A stretch of 64,000 nt of DNA from an uncultured Pseudomonadales bacterium (GTDB lineage: Bacteria; Patescibacteriota; Microgenomatia; UBA1400; MFAQ01), in contig CAZENT010000001.1 in assembly GCA_964513845.1 (NCBI GenBank), positions 149,278 to 213,277 of the forward strand, read 5' to 3'. This document shows, one piece after another, positions 9,705-18,517 of this stretch (positions are counted from its first letter, which is position 1; each line of letters begins with the position of its first letter). The translations under genes were made by a program, and so were the position numbers. The notes under the pieces are model-generated. The model was not told where the DNA came from and made no database searches. It saw only the letters and a program-made list of their open reading frames with translations.

Positions 9705-10367
9705 TTACCAATTGATGGGCTTCTGATTGTGAGCTATTAAATACTCGTTCGTTTGGCTAAAGGGGTGACTGCCAAAAAAACCATTGTAAGCAGAAAGGGG
9801 CGAGGGATGAGCTGATTTGATGACCAAATGTTTCTCCGTATCGATAAAGGCGCCTTTTTTCTGGGCATAGTTTCCCCAAAGAATAAAGACAAGATTGGAC
9901 CTCGATTCCGCAAGACGATGAATAATGGCGTCGGTAAATTGTTCCCAGCCTTTGTTTTGATGAGAACCTGCCTGATGAGCCCTGACAGTAAGAGTGGCAT
10001 TGAGAAGCAAGACCCCTTCTTTGACCCAGTGTTCCAAGTTGCCAGATTGAGGGCGGGCTTTACCGATGTCTGCGGTCAGCTCTTTATAAATGTTTTGTAG
10101 AGATGGCGGAAGTGCGACACCGTCCGGAACAGAAAAAGATAGACCGTGAGCCTGACCTGGGCCATGATAAGGATCTTGCCCAAGAATTACGACTCTAACC
10201 TTGTCGACCGGAAGACTGTCTAGAGCATTGAAAATATATTTGCCTGGCGGATAGACTTCTCCTTTTTTGTACTCTTCATGAAGATACTGAGAGAGAGATT
10301 GAAAATATGGCTTCTCAAACTCGTCCCCAAGCAAGGCTTTCCAGGTTTTTTCGAGCTTAACTTCCAT
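9705..10367 (-). CDS. ung: Uracil-DNA glycosylase (family 1)
   Basis: GQDPYHGPGQAHGLSFSV (water-activating loop) and the HPSPLSA motif. Confidence 0.9.
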   Translation of the reverse strand: MEVKLEKTWKALLGDEFEKPYFQSLSQYLHEEYKKGEVYPPGKYIFNALDSLPVDKVRVVILGQDPYHGPGQAHGLSFSVPDGVALPPSLQNIYKELTADIGKARPQSGNLEHWVKEGVLLLNATLTVRAHQAGSHQNKGWEQFTDAIIHRLAESRSNLVFILWGNYAQKKGAFIDTEKHLVIKSAHPSPLSAYNGFFGSHPFSQTNEYLIAHNQKPINW

Positions 10368-10967
10368 CTAGTTGCCGGAAGGAATGTTGGCCGGCATGGT
10401 CGGAATATTTTTCATCATTTCACTCAAATCTGTGAATTGAACGTCTGAAGGAATGGTGAATTTGCTGTTGTCGACTATCCAGTTGGTACATTTCATGGCC
10501 ACTTTTTCATCAAGATCGACTGCTCCCCCCTGAGAATTGCCACCTTTTGACTCTTCTTCTGCCGGTTCAACTATTTTCATTTTCATTCCTTGAGATTTTG
10601 AGTCAACGTTCCATGAGTACATGAAGGAACCATCTGAGATCATGCGCATGTTCATTTTGGGAATTTCTTTGTCGGTACTGGTAACGGAAACATCTTGGGC
10701 CATTTTTTTGCCGGAGATGTAGATTGTTCCAACTGTGTCTGTTTTGGTTCCGTCATCGTCAGTGCTGGTTGTGGTAACAGTGCATTTTTGGTTTTTTCCA
10801 ATAGCGAGAAGTTCACGTAAAGAAGAAGATTGAGATTGTTCTACTTCTGTTTCCTCGGGCTTGTTTTCACCGTCTTGATTTTCGGTTCCAACTGGAGCTT
10901 TGGTGGTGCAAGCGGAAAGAAAGATAGCGAAAAAAATAACGAGAGGAAAAACGGCTTTTTTACTCAT
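10368..10967 (-). CDS. Lipoprotein, function unknown
   Basis: Signal peptide MSKKAVFPLVIFFAIFLSAC with an LSAC lipobox; the M7 start at 10967 is likelier than the track start. Acidic low-complexity linker, then a ~120-aa domain. Confidence 0.5.
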   Translation of the reverse strand: MSKKAVFPLVIFFAIFLSACTTKAPVGTENQDGENKPEETEVEQSQSSSLRELLAIGKNQKCTVTTTSTDDDGTKTDTVGTIYISGKKMAQDVSVTSTDKEIPKMNMRMISDGSFMYSWNVDSKSQGMKMKIVEPAEEESKGGNSQGGAVDLDEKVAMKCTNWIVDNSKFTIPSDVQFTDLSEMMKNIPTMPANIPSGN

Positions 10968-11038
10968 ATATTCGTAGTATAACAAATAGAAAGAGACTTG
11001 TTATCAAGCCAATTCAAAAGGGTGGTATAATATAGGCT

Positions 11039-11707
11039 ATGACATATTTTAACCGAGGTGGAGGTGACAGTCGATCCCAATTTTATAGTCCAAGAGAAGG
11101 TTTTGGATCAAGAGGTAATGACAGAGGATCTGAGAGAAAAGAGATGTTTGACGCAGTGTGCGCCAAATGTGGCTCAGCTTGTCAGGTTCCTTTTAAACCA
11201 AATGGCAGAAAAGAAGTTTTTTGTAGTAAATGTTTTGGTGAAATGAACGGTGAAGAACCTCGTGGTGGTGGAAATAGATTTGAGAGTAGAGGCAATGACA
11301 GAGGTTTTGGAGACAGACCAAGGTTCGACAAACCCATGTTCAGTGCTATTTGTGATGAATGTGGAGATAACTGCCAAGTTCCTTTTGAACCAAGAAATGG
11401 CAAACCAGTTCTTTGTAGTGATTGTTTCGCTAAAAAGGATGGTGGAAGAGACTTTGCTCCAAGATCATTCTCACCTTCAGCCAGACCAGCAAACACTTCC
11501 AGCAATATTGATCTTAGTGAACTATGTGCCAAATTGGACAAAATCATTAAATTGCTTACTCCTGAGTCTCCCAAGAATATAACTGAGAAAATAATTGAAG
11601 AGATTGAAGCCAGTTCCGGAAAAGAAGTGGTTGCTCCTAAGAAAAAGGCTAAGAAAGCCACATCCTCCAAAGGCGGATTGAGTACAAAGAAAATCGTAAA
11701 AGAATAA
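11039..11707 (+). CDS. Tandem CxxC-x17-CxxC zinc-ribbon-like repeat protein with a Lys-rich C-terminus
   Basis: Two ~85-aa repeats, each RGNDRG ... MF(D/S)A(V/I)C(A/D)(K/E)CG..CQVPF(K/E)P..G(K/R)..(F/L)CS.CF. The C-terminus KKKAKKATSSKGGLSTKKIVKE looks nucleic-acid-binding. Confidence 0.6.
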   Translation: MTYFNRGGGDSRSQFYSPREGFGSRGNDRGSERKEMFDAVCAKCGSACQVPFKPNGRKEVFCSKCFGEMNGEEPRGGGNRFESRGNDRGFGDRPRFDKPMFSAICDECGDNCQVPFEPRNGKPVLCSDCFAKKDGGRDFAPRSFSPSARPANTSSNIDLSELCAKLDKIIKLLTPESPKNITEKIIEEIEASSGKEVVAPKKKAKKATSSKGGLSTKKIVKE

Positions 11708-11734
11708 TTTTTAATTAAGCAATTAAAACAAAAA

Positions 11735-11757
11735 GAGACTCTTTGGAGTCTCTTTTT
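11735..11757. terminator. Bidirectional intrinsic terminator (GAGACTC / GAGTCTC stem flanked by A-run and T-run)
   Basis: 7-bp stem with a 4-nt loop, an A-rich 5' flank and TTTTT 3' flank, between convergent genes. Confidence 0.6.
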
Positions 11758-11771
11758 GTAATGTACACTAA

Positions 11772-12449
11772 CTATCTCTTTCTAATTATTTTGCTGAGAA
11801 TGAACAGCGCTCCTATGATGACAAGATTGAGAAGAATACTGGCACAGATAGTTTTCCATAAAATGTCGAGGATGGTCCAGACAAAGGAGTTGGAGCTAAG
11901 AAAAATTTGAAAACCAAAATACCAAGCGGCTAAAGCGACAACTAGAGAAATAATCACAAAGGGAAGAGCTTGTTTGATATCTGGCCAACTGGGAAAGAAG
12001 GAGTTGGCGATGGTGAAGAATAAATAACCTTCAAGAAGAACAATCCAGTAATTACCGGAAAAATAACTTGTCTGAATCAAAGAAGCAAGCCAGATTAAAA
12101 GAGCAATGCCAGTAATAAAAGGGGCGATGCCAACGAGAAATCCTCTAATCGGATTGAGCTTTTGGGTCTGAACGGAGCCTAGAGCCACGCTAGTATGATT
12201 ATCATTTTCTTCATCTAAATACTCGGGGAATATTTCGATTTTGCCCGTGCGAGCTCCTGTAAGAGCTGCGACAAGAAAATGGGAAATCTCATGAACAATT
12301 GTGCCGGGAAGAAAAATGATACTCCAGATAACAATGGCTGAGTGTTGACTGCCTCCAAGCCGATGAACAAGTCGGGAAATATCGGTGGTCATTTGCTTTT
12401 TGGTAAGAAAAAGACCAAGGAGAGATAGAATTACAAAAAGTAGAGGCAT
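11772..12449 (-). CDS. Integral membrane HExxH protein (putative DUF3267-like zincin metallopeptidase)
   Basis: Six or so TM helices; VHEISHFLVAALTG carries an HExxH motif on the first cytoplasmic loop/TM boundary. Confidence 0.4.
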   Translation of the reverse strand: MPLLFVILSLLGLFLTKKQMTTDISRLVHRLGGSQHSAIVIWSIIFLPGTIVHEISHFLVAALTGARTGKIEIFPEYLDEENDNHTSVALGSVQTQKLNPIRGFLVGIAPFITGIALLIWLASLIQTSYFSGNYWIVLLEGYLFFTIANSFFPSWPDIKQALPFVIISLVVALAAWYFGFQIFLSSNSFVWTILDILWKTICASILLNLVIIGALFILSKIIRKR

Positions 12450-12470
12450 TAATTAATTCTATATCACCTA

Positions 12471-12501
12471 TTGACCTTCCAGTTACTGGAAGGTGTATAG
12501 T
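12471..12501 (+). promoter_or_regulatory. MerR-type promoter: -35 TTGACC, 19-bp spacer containing the perfect dyad CTTCCAGT-T-ACTGGAAG, -10 TATAGT
   Basis: TTGACC (12471-12476), 19-nt spacer (12477-12495), TATAGT (12496-12501). The MerR-family ORF starts 8 nt downstream. A 19-bp spacer with an internal dyad is the hallmark of MerR-regulated promoters. Confidence 0.65.
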
Positions 12502-12508
12502 CGTTTAA

Positions 12509-12919
12509 ATGAAGAAATATTCTATTGGACAAGTGGCAGAAATAACCGGACTTTCGACAAAAACGTTACGTTTTTATGAAGAAAATGAAATTATTGAGAG
12601 CGCTTCGCGTAAGGAAAACGGATACCGATATTTTTCTGAAGAAAATTTAGATGAAATTAAGCTTATTAAATATGCCAAAGATCTAGGATTGCCTCTTTCG
12701 GAAATCAAAAAACTAATGATCGGCTGTACAGGCGGAGATTGCAAACAGACAAAAGCATATAACGAAAAAGTAATTGGTGATTATGTGGCGTTGTTGACCG
12801 AGAGAATAAAACAGATGGAAATATTAAGAAAGAGATTGCGAGAGGTACAAAAAAATGGACCATATTGCTGTGATGTTCTTCAACAATTATCAATTAACAA
12901 TGGAAAGCGAGGTGAATAA
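12509..12919 (+). CDS. MerR-family transcriptional regulator, metal-sensor type (Cys73, Cys78, Cys120, Cys121)
   Basis: N-terminal wHTH MKKYSIGQVAEITGLSTKTLRFYEE, a coiled-coil dimerisation helix, and C-terminal Cys pairs (CTGGDC ... PYCCD) placed as in the metal-binding loops of ZntR/CueR/MerR. Confidence 0.8.
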   Translation: MKKYSIGQVAEITGLSTKTLRFYEENEIIESASRKENGYRYFSEENLDEIKLIKYAKDLGLPLSEIKKLMIGCTGGDCKQTKAYNEKVIGDYVALLTERIKQMEILRKRLREVQKNGPYCCDVLQQLSINNGKRGE

Positions 12920-12922
12920 TAT

Positions 12923-12985
12923 ATGAAAAACTGTACATGCTGTGGCAGTGAGTGCAAATGTGGAGATTGTAAGTGCGGTAAGTAA
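12923..12985 (+). CDS. 20-codon Cys-rich micro-ORF MKNCTCCGSECKCGDCKCGK (metallothionein-like peptide); absent from the ORF track because of its size
   Basis: ATG at 12923 lies 4 nt after the MerR stop, preceded by GAGGTGA (SD-like) 8 nt upstream. 7 Cys in 20 aa in C-x-C / C-C arrangements typical of metallothioneins. Confidence 0.45.
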   Translation: MKNCTCCGSECKCGDCKCGK

Positions 12986-13122
12986 GATTTGTTGACGCTT
13001 GGTCCGCGGCTGAGCGTCAAAGAGTCGTGGAGAATTTTGATAAGTATTGTGGACGCAGGCGATTCTTCGTCTGATTCTTGGTAGGCTAGCCTTGCGTGGA
13101 TTTTAGAAGCTAACTTGCTTGA

Positions 13123-13710
13123 TTATTGTATTCCAAAATCAATTTTTCTTTGTTCAATAATTTTATTTTCAATTTCGGGATTGTAAATCGCTTCGACTTC
13201 GAGGAGAGAAGAAAATGTCTGAGCAATACAAAGGTATTTATCCCGACTTGGAAAGTCAAAATACTTGACCGAAAGATTTTCATGTACAAAGGGCTTAAGT
13301 TTTTGATCTTTGGAAAAATTAAAGAAAATGGCGACAGTTTCTTGACGGTTTTTGTGAAGCAGATAAGTTAAAGAGAGCCAAATAACTTTGGCCATCCGGG
13401 CAAGATCACAGTAAACTGTAATTTTGTCTGTGGAATTAATTGTTCGAGAGACAAATTCTAAATTTTGTGGAGTGGTGAGTGACTGGTCTTCTAGTTCAAC
13501 CAATATTCCTGGATTGAGTTTGATAATGTAGTTGCGAACTGTCTCTGCTTCGGATATTTCCGGGGATTTGCTGTTTGTGTGGCCACCACAAACGATAATT
13601 TTTTCGACCTGGTTTTCTTGAGTTTCTTTGACAACCATTTCGACATATTGTCGGTATTCTTGATTTGACTCTTCAAATACTCCGTAACAGAGCAAGATGT
13701 TTATTTTCAT
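13123..13710 (-). CDS. DUF218 (YdcF/ElyC/SanA-like) domain protein
   Basis: MKINILLCYGVF ... EKIIVCGGHTNSKSPEISEAETVRNYII fits the DUF218 core. The M31 start at 13710 avoids overlap with the upstream gene end. Confidence 0.6.
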   Translation of the reverse strand: MKINILLCYGVFEESNQEYRQYVEMVVKETQENQVEKIIVCGGHTNSKSPEISEAETVRNYIIKLNPGILVELEDQSLTTPQNLEFVSRTINSTDKITVYCDLARMAKVIWLSLTYLLHKNRQETVAIFFNFSKDQKLKPFVHENLSVKYFDFPSRDKYLCIAQTFSSLLEVEAIYNPEIENKIIEQRKIDFGIQ

Positions 13711-13787
13711 ATTATTTAGTATAGGGGTTTTGTGATATTTGGTCCGTGGGGTTGCGCCATTTGTTGCGAAAATAATGGGTGGAAATT

Positions 13788-16787
13788 CTATCTTTGGCAA
13801 TGACTTTTAAACGGACAGGTGGCACATTTGGTGAAGTCTTCGGTACGGGTGAAGTCCAGGTCGCGGATCTTAGCAACAGAGTCTTTGATTTCTTTTTTTA
13901 GATTGGTGACATCTTCATCGGAGATAATGAAATTTTCTCGGTGGAAATTATTTTGGGCATCGGGCTCAAGGAAGTCTATCTGCGTTTCTTTAACTTCGTA
14001 CTGAAAAGATTTATCCAGCTCGGCCAAAAGCTGGTAGAAAGTGAGCTGACGTTTGTAATCGCCGTCGGAGTTCTTGGTGTTGCCTTCTATTTCATTTCTG
14101 GTTTTGGATTTTCCTGTTTTGTAATCGATGACACGAACGTGATTGTTGGTATGAGATTGCTTCGTCGTCCCTACTCCTCGCAATGACGGAGTCGTGTACT
14201 CGATGCGGTCAACTTTGCCAGTAAGAGCAATATCATCGAGATGAATTTGAGAAGTGAGAGAGGTGCCGAAGTTTTTTTCGGTAAAAAGACAGGCTGTGAA
14301 ATCTTTGGCATAGTGATCGTAATATGCGGTGAGAACTTTTTTACCATGAGCGAGGCGATCTTTGAAATCGGTTTCGGTCATGATTTCTCTTTGGAGAGCG
14401 GCTTCAAAATCATTGAGGAAAATTTCTTTTGGTTCTAATTTGCCATTATTTAGCTCTCTATACAGCTGCTCAAGGGCGTAGTGAACGGCGGTACCGAAAC
14501 ACATGGCCGGAGCTTTAGCTCTCGGGATCCTGTAGAGATTATCGAGCTTGAATTTATAGTGACAGCGGAGATATGTATTGAGGGAGGTTGGGGAAAACTT
14601 GAGGTCTTTGACTATTTCTCGCAGATACTCGGCTTCGCCATCGTGAAGAGTGACTTCGGCGGCTGGAGACATAAGGGAGGCGAGAATTTTGGTGGCGGCA
14701 CTTTCGAATTTTTTGGTGTCCACTTTTTCAATATTTTCTTTCGGCAAGTCTTCAAGGAACATTGCAGGAAAAATCATTTTTGCAGAGTTTGGATACTCGG
14801 TAGAGCCGGTGAGGTAAAGATTTTGTTTGGCTCTTGTGAGGGCTACATAAAAGAGACGGCGTTCTTCGGCATTCTTATCCTCCTTATCGGTATCTTCGTA
14901 AACGATAATGCCGTCGGGGAGCTTAATCATTTCTCTTTTGGCTTTGTTGCCCCAGTGAGTATCGGCAAAACGATATATGTAAACAGTATGCCACTCGAGA
15001 CCTTTGGCTTTGTGGGCAGTGGTGAGGGTGACAGCGTTTTCATTACCAATGAGGACTTGCTCCTCGAGCTTTAGGCTATTCTCCTCCATGATGCCCAGGT
15101 TATAGACGTAACCAAAAAGATCGAGATTGGGAAAAGAAGCAGACTGAGATTTGACGTCGTCAAAGAGAGTGCCGAAACGATTGAGTTCGATGATGGGCTG
15201 GGGAAGGCTCAAAATATATTCGAGAATCCCCGACTCTTGAAGAATCATCTGGAACATTTCAGGGAGAGTGTGGGTAGCAGCTTTGGAATTCCAAGATACA
15301 AATTTGAGATACGCCTCGACGACTTTATCGTCAAGCTCAGGATGATCGGACTGGAGAGAATCTACTAGGGATTTTCTTTCTTGATGAGCAGCTCTACTAA
15401 TTTTGAGAATGGAAAGTGGATTGAGATGAAAATAGGGATAGTTTAATACGGTAAAGAGGTCGAGATCATCGACAGTGTTGTGCAGAGTCGTGGTTACTCT
15501 TAAAATTTTGAGAAACTGGCTGACAAGAGGGGTGGCCAAAATATTGGTGCCACCTTCGAGGCGATATGGAATGTTTTTTTGTTTGAATAAATTGACCAAG
15601 ATATCGACGTCTTTGTTTTCTTTGACTATCACTGCAAAACCTTTGGGGCTTGCCCCCTTTTCAATTTTTTCTTGGATGTCACTCGTTATGAATTCGTCCT
15701 CAAGAATGGTGGAGCTAAACTCGACGGTTTTGATTTTCTGATCTTTCAAATCGGTATTGGAGTGGAGGGCAGTTTCTCCCAAGAGCGCGGCGGCGGAGTC
15801 GAGAATGGTTTGGGTGGAACGATAGCTTTGATCGAGAACTATTTTGGTGTGACCAGGGAAGGATTTTTCAAATTCGCGAACATTTTCTTTGCTGGCGCCC
15901 TGGAAACGGAAAATACTTTGATTAGGGTCTCCGACCGCAAAGATATTGGCATTTTCTCCCCAAAAACTGGCAAGAGCGAAGATGAGGCGGTTTTGGGCCG
16001 AGTTGGTGTCTTGATATTCATCGACTAAAAGATACTGGAATTTTTCTTGGTAACCCAAGAGAAAATCGGCGTCTTTTTCAAAGGCTTCGACAACCCAGTT
16101 GATCATGTCATTGAAATCAAATCTGCCTAATGACGTCAGTTTGTTTTGATATTTTTCGTAAATATCTAAGAGATCGAGATTTTTGCCAACTAGTTTTTCT
16201 TTCTCGAGACGAGCAGTTTTGCTGAGATTGTCTTTTTCAATTTCATATTCGTCTTTGAGAAGTGAAACCAGTTGCGAGTATTTTTCGATGGTGAAGCCCT
16301 CGCGCTTAAGGTCGGAGATACTACTTAAGATGTAGGGGAGATAAAAGAGGGTGTCACCTATGGGTTTTAAGAGGACGAAGTTTCCCTGCTGCAAAATTTC
16401 TTGGATAATTTGAATCTTTTCTAGATCGGTGACGTTTTGCATACCGGCAGGCTTACTAAATCTCTCTGGATTTTGGGCAATAACATCGGCGCAAAAAGCA
16501 TGAAAAGTGGTGACTTGGACAAGATAGCCGTCTTTACCAATTAGTTTGATGAGACGCTCACGCATTTCTTTGGTGGCCGCTTCGGTAAAGGTGAGGGCAA
16601 GGATGGAGCTGGGGTCAGTGTCAGTTTCTTTGAGAATATTGGCAATTCTGGTGGTGAGAACTTGGGTTTTGCCTGTGCCTGGACCTGCGAGAACCAAAAC
16701 AGGACCCTCGATAGTATCGACAGCTTTTCTTTGCGCGTCGTTTAATTTTTTATACACTGAGTCAAATTCGAGAGTGGTTTGAGGCAT
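13788..16787 (-). CDS. UvrD-like SF1 helicase fused to a C-terminal PD-(D/E)xK nuclease with a Cas4/AddB-type 4-Cys Fe-S cluster
   Basis: N-terminus AGPGTGKTQVLTTR, VDEYQDTN, SFRFQGAS, YRSTQTIL. C-terminal ~250 aa carry RCHYKF ... VIDYKTGKSK (D/ExK) ... CATCPFKSHC (C-x_n-CxxC-x5-C). Confidence 0.8.
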   Translation of the reverse strand: MPQTTLEFDSVYKKLNDAQRKAVDTIEGPVLVLAGPGTGKTQVLTTRIANILKETDTDPSSILALTFTEAATKEMRERLIKLIGKDGYLVQVTTFHAFCADVIAQNPERFSKPAGMQNVTDLEKIQIIQEILQQGNFVLLKPIGDTLFYLPYILSSISDLKREGFTIEKYSQLVSLLKDEYEIEKDNLSKTARLEKEKLVGKNLDLLDIYEKYQNKLTSLGRFDFNDMINWVVEAFEKDADFLLGYQEKFQYLLVDEYQDTNSAQNRLIFALASFWGENANIFAVGDPNQSIFRFQGASKENVREFEKSFPGHTKIVLDQSYRSTQTILDSAAALLGETALHSNTDLKDQKIKTVEFSSTILEDEFITSDIQEKIEKGASPKGFAVIVKENKDVDILVNLFKQKNIPYRLEGGTNILATPLVSQFLKILRVTTTLHNTVDDLDLFTVLNYPYFHLNPLSILKISRAAHQERKSLVDSLQSDHPELDDKVVEAYLKFVSWNSKAATHTLPEMFQMILQESGILEYILSLPQPIIELNRFGTLFDDVKSQSASFPNLDLFGYVYNLGIMEENSLKLEEQVLIGNENAVTLTTAHKAKGLEWHTVYIYRFADTHWGNKAKREMIKLPDGIIVYEDTDKEDKNAEERRLFYVALTRAKQNLYLTGSTEYPNSAKMIFPAMFLEDLPKENIEKVDTKKFESAATKILASLMSPAAEVTLHDGEAEYLREIVKDLKFSPTSLNTYLRCHYKFKLDNLYRIPRAKAPAMCFGTAVHYALEQLYRELNNGKLEPKEIFLNDFEAALQREIMTETDFKDRLAHGKKVLTAYYDHYAKDFTACLFTEKNFGTSLTSQIHLDDIALTGKVDRIEYTTPSLRGVGTTKQSHTNNHVRVIDYKTGKSKTRNEIEGNTKNSDGDYKRQLTFYQLLAELDKSFQYEVKETQIDFLEPDAQNNFHRENFIISDEDVTNLKKEIKDSVAKIRDLDFTRTEDFTKCATCPFKSHCQR

Positions 16788-17003
16788 GTATCCATATTAT
16801 AACGAGAAGATAACAAAACCCCCCGAGATTAATCGAGGGGTTAAAACTTTTAGGGAAAAAATGTTTGAACAACACCATCAAGAATATCAATTCAGAAGGT
16901 GAATAGAATAAAAAAGGAGCAGAGGAGGTTATATCCCGGAACATTGACAGCAGTTGAAGCTACCGAAGTCGATGATCCAATAACGTATATCAGTTTTCCT
17001 CCT

Positions 17004-17429
17004 TTAGGAAAAATCAATAAATTTCTTTGTTTGTTGTTTTGAGAAGCGCTGGGCAATTGCATCGACGATATCGATGAACATAAAAACAAAAACTGCAAGA
17101 CTGATAAGTAGCCCGACAATGGTGGTCGGATAGTGAGGGTCGGGATTGAAAATGATCAAGTAGGATACGACAGTAATTGCCCATAAAATACCTGACCCAA
17201 ACCCGAGCTTACTATTTTTATTACTAATCATAAAGAATTTGCATATGATCGTAATACTCATCCAAACCGCATAAAGAAATGCAAAGATGAAAAATTCTGT
17301 CGGTTTGGAGTTATGAGCTGAGTATAAACTCCAAAGAACCGGAGTGGTCATTATGAGAAAAAATAATTGGATATTTATAAAAATCAATCCAGTTTTCTGC
17401 CTACAAGAAAAGTAATTTTGAAAGGGCAT
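17004..17429 (-). CDS. Hypothetical small membrane protein (4 TM)
   Basis: Only hydrophobicity pattern; no recognised motif. Confidence 0.35.
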   Translation of the reverse strand: MPFQNYFSCRQKTGLIFINIQLFFLIMTTPVLWSLYSAHNSKPTEFFIFAFLYAVWMSITIICKFFMISNKNSKLGFGSGILWAITVVSYLIIFNPDPHYPTTIVGLLISLAVFVFMFIDIVDAIAQRFSKQQTKKFIDFS

Positions 17430-17501
17430 TGAGTTTCTCCTTTTTGGAAACGTGAATCAAATTGTTGCGATATTTTACCCAGTTTGTCCCTAAATGTCAA
17501 T

Positions 17502-18500
17502 CTATAGGGTATTGCTTGGAGGAATTTCTTCGGTATCGAGTCCGGACTTGAGACTGTGAGAAGACTCGAGTTTATTACCTATCTGATTCATGGTTTGAGC
17601 CGTGGTGTTCATGGAGTTGTAAGCGTTAGTGAGATGCTTGCCCAAAAGAGTGAAGTTTTCGTTTAATTTTTCGTAGTCTTTTTGGACAGCTCTTAAGAGG
17701 GTAAAGACTTCAGCCGTTTTACCGGCAATTTTTTGGCCCTCCAGGGAAAGGAGAATGGTTTGAAGGTTAGCGTATAAAGTAGTTGGAGAAACAGGATAGA
17801 CCCGAGAATCGCGAGAGATATCTAGAATCTCCTGCTCATTCACAATTTCATAATAGACAGACTCTGAGGGAATATACATGAGGGCAAAGTCGAGAGTGCC
17901 TTCTTCGGGAAGAATGTATTTACCGGAGATGTCTTTTATGTGTTTTTTGACGTCACGAATAAAAGCCGATCTCGCCAGAGTTTTTTCTGATTGAGTGTCT
18001 GATTGGTAAATCTTCTGAAAATTTTCCATGGGGAATTTGGAGTCAATGGGGAGAATACCGGCTTGGGTTTTGATGGCAGCATCGACAATGGCACCACTTT
18101 TGAAATGGTGCTGGAGAACATAGCCAGTTTTCGGGAACATCTGAGAAATTAAGTCTTTGAGAACTTGTTCACCGATGTTGCCTCTTAATTTAGGTGATTT
18201 AAGATAGTCTTGAAGATCTTTCATGGAACGACTGACTTCACCAAAGGCACCGGCTTCTTTTTTTAGATCTCCGATGACCGTGGTGGCCTGATCCAGACGA
18301 GAAAAAAGTTCACGATAGTTTTGCTGGAGCGAGGCTGTAGTTGTTCTGTTGGTAGTGTCAAACGACTGTTGGAGTGATTTGAGCCAGGCATTGAGGGTGG
18401 GATCGGTTTTGGGCTGAGATAACTGAGACCTGAGAAGAAAATACAGAATGAGTAAGCCAAGGAAGAGAAAAACAATTACAATTATGGTATCAGTTGACAT
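17502..18500 (-). CDS. rmuC: DNA recombination protein RmuC
   Basis: N-terminal TM, a coiled-coil region, then the RmuC nuclease-like core LRGNIGEQVL ... PIDSKFP ... MYIPSESVYYE. Confidence 0.85.
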   Translation of the reverse strand: MSTDTIIVIVFLFLGLLILYFLLRSQLSQPKTDPTLNAWLKSLQQSFDTTNRTTTASLQQNYRELFSRLDQATTVIGDLKKEAGAFGEVSRSMKDLQDYLKSPKLRGNIGEQVLKDLISQMFPKTGYVLQHHFKSGAIVDAAIKTQAGILPIDSKFPMENFQKIYQSDTQSEKTLARSAFIRDVKKHIKDISGKYILPEEGTLDFALMYIPSESVYYEIVNEQEILDISRDSRVYPVSPTTLYANLQTILLSLEGQKIAGKTAEVFTLLRAVQKDYEKLNENFTLLGKHLTNAYNSMNTTAQTMNQIGNKLESSHSLKSGLDTEEIPPSNTL

Positions 18501-18517
18501 GAATTCATTTTACATTA

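Noticed and set aside
12994-13022. Inverted repeat TTGACGCT-N13-AGCGTCAA downstream of the MerR mini-operon as a second operator or terminator
   Set aside because: Lies in the 3' region of convergent genes, has no T-run on either strand, and is not within a promoter context. Possibly a weak convergent terminator, but unsupported.
14481-16028. Plus-strand ORFs (197, 88, 118 aa) inside the minus-strand UvrD-nuclease gene
   Set aside because: Shadow ORFs with Gly/Phe-rich compositions opposite a well-supported 999-aa gene.
16805-16840. GC-rich near-palindrome AAAACCCCCCGAGATTAATCGAGGGGTTAAAAC as a terminator
   Set aside because: Arms do not pair beyond 4 bp (CCCC/GGGG) when aligned. Not a convincing stem-loop.
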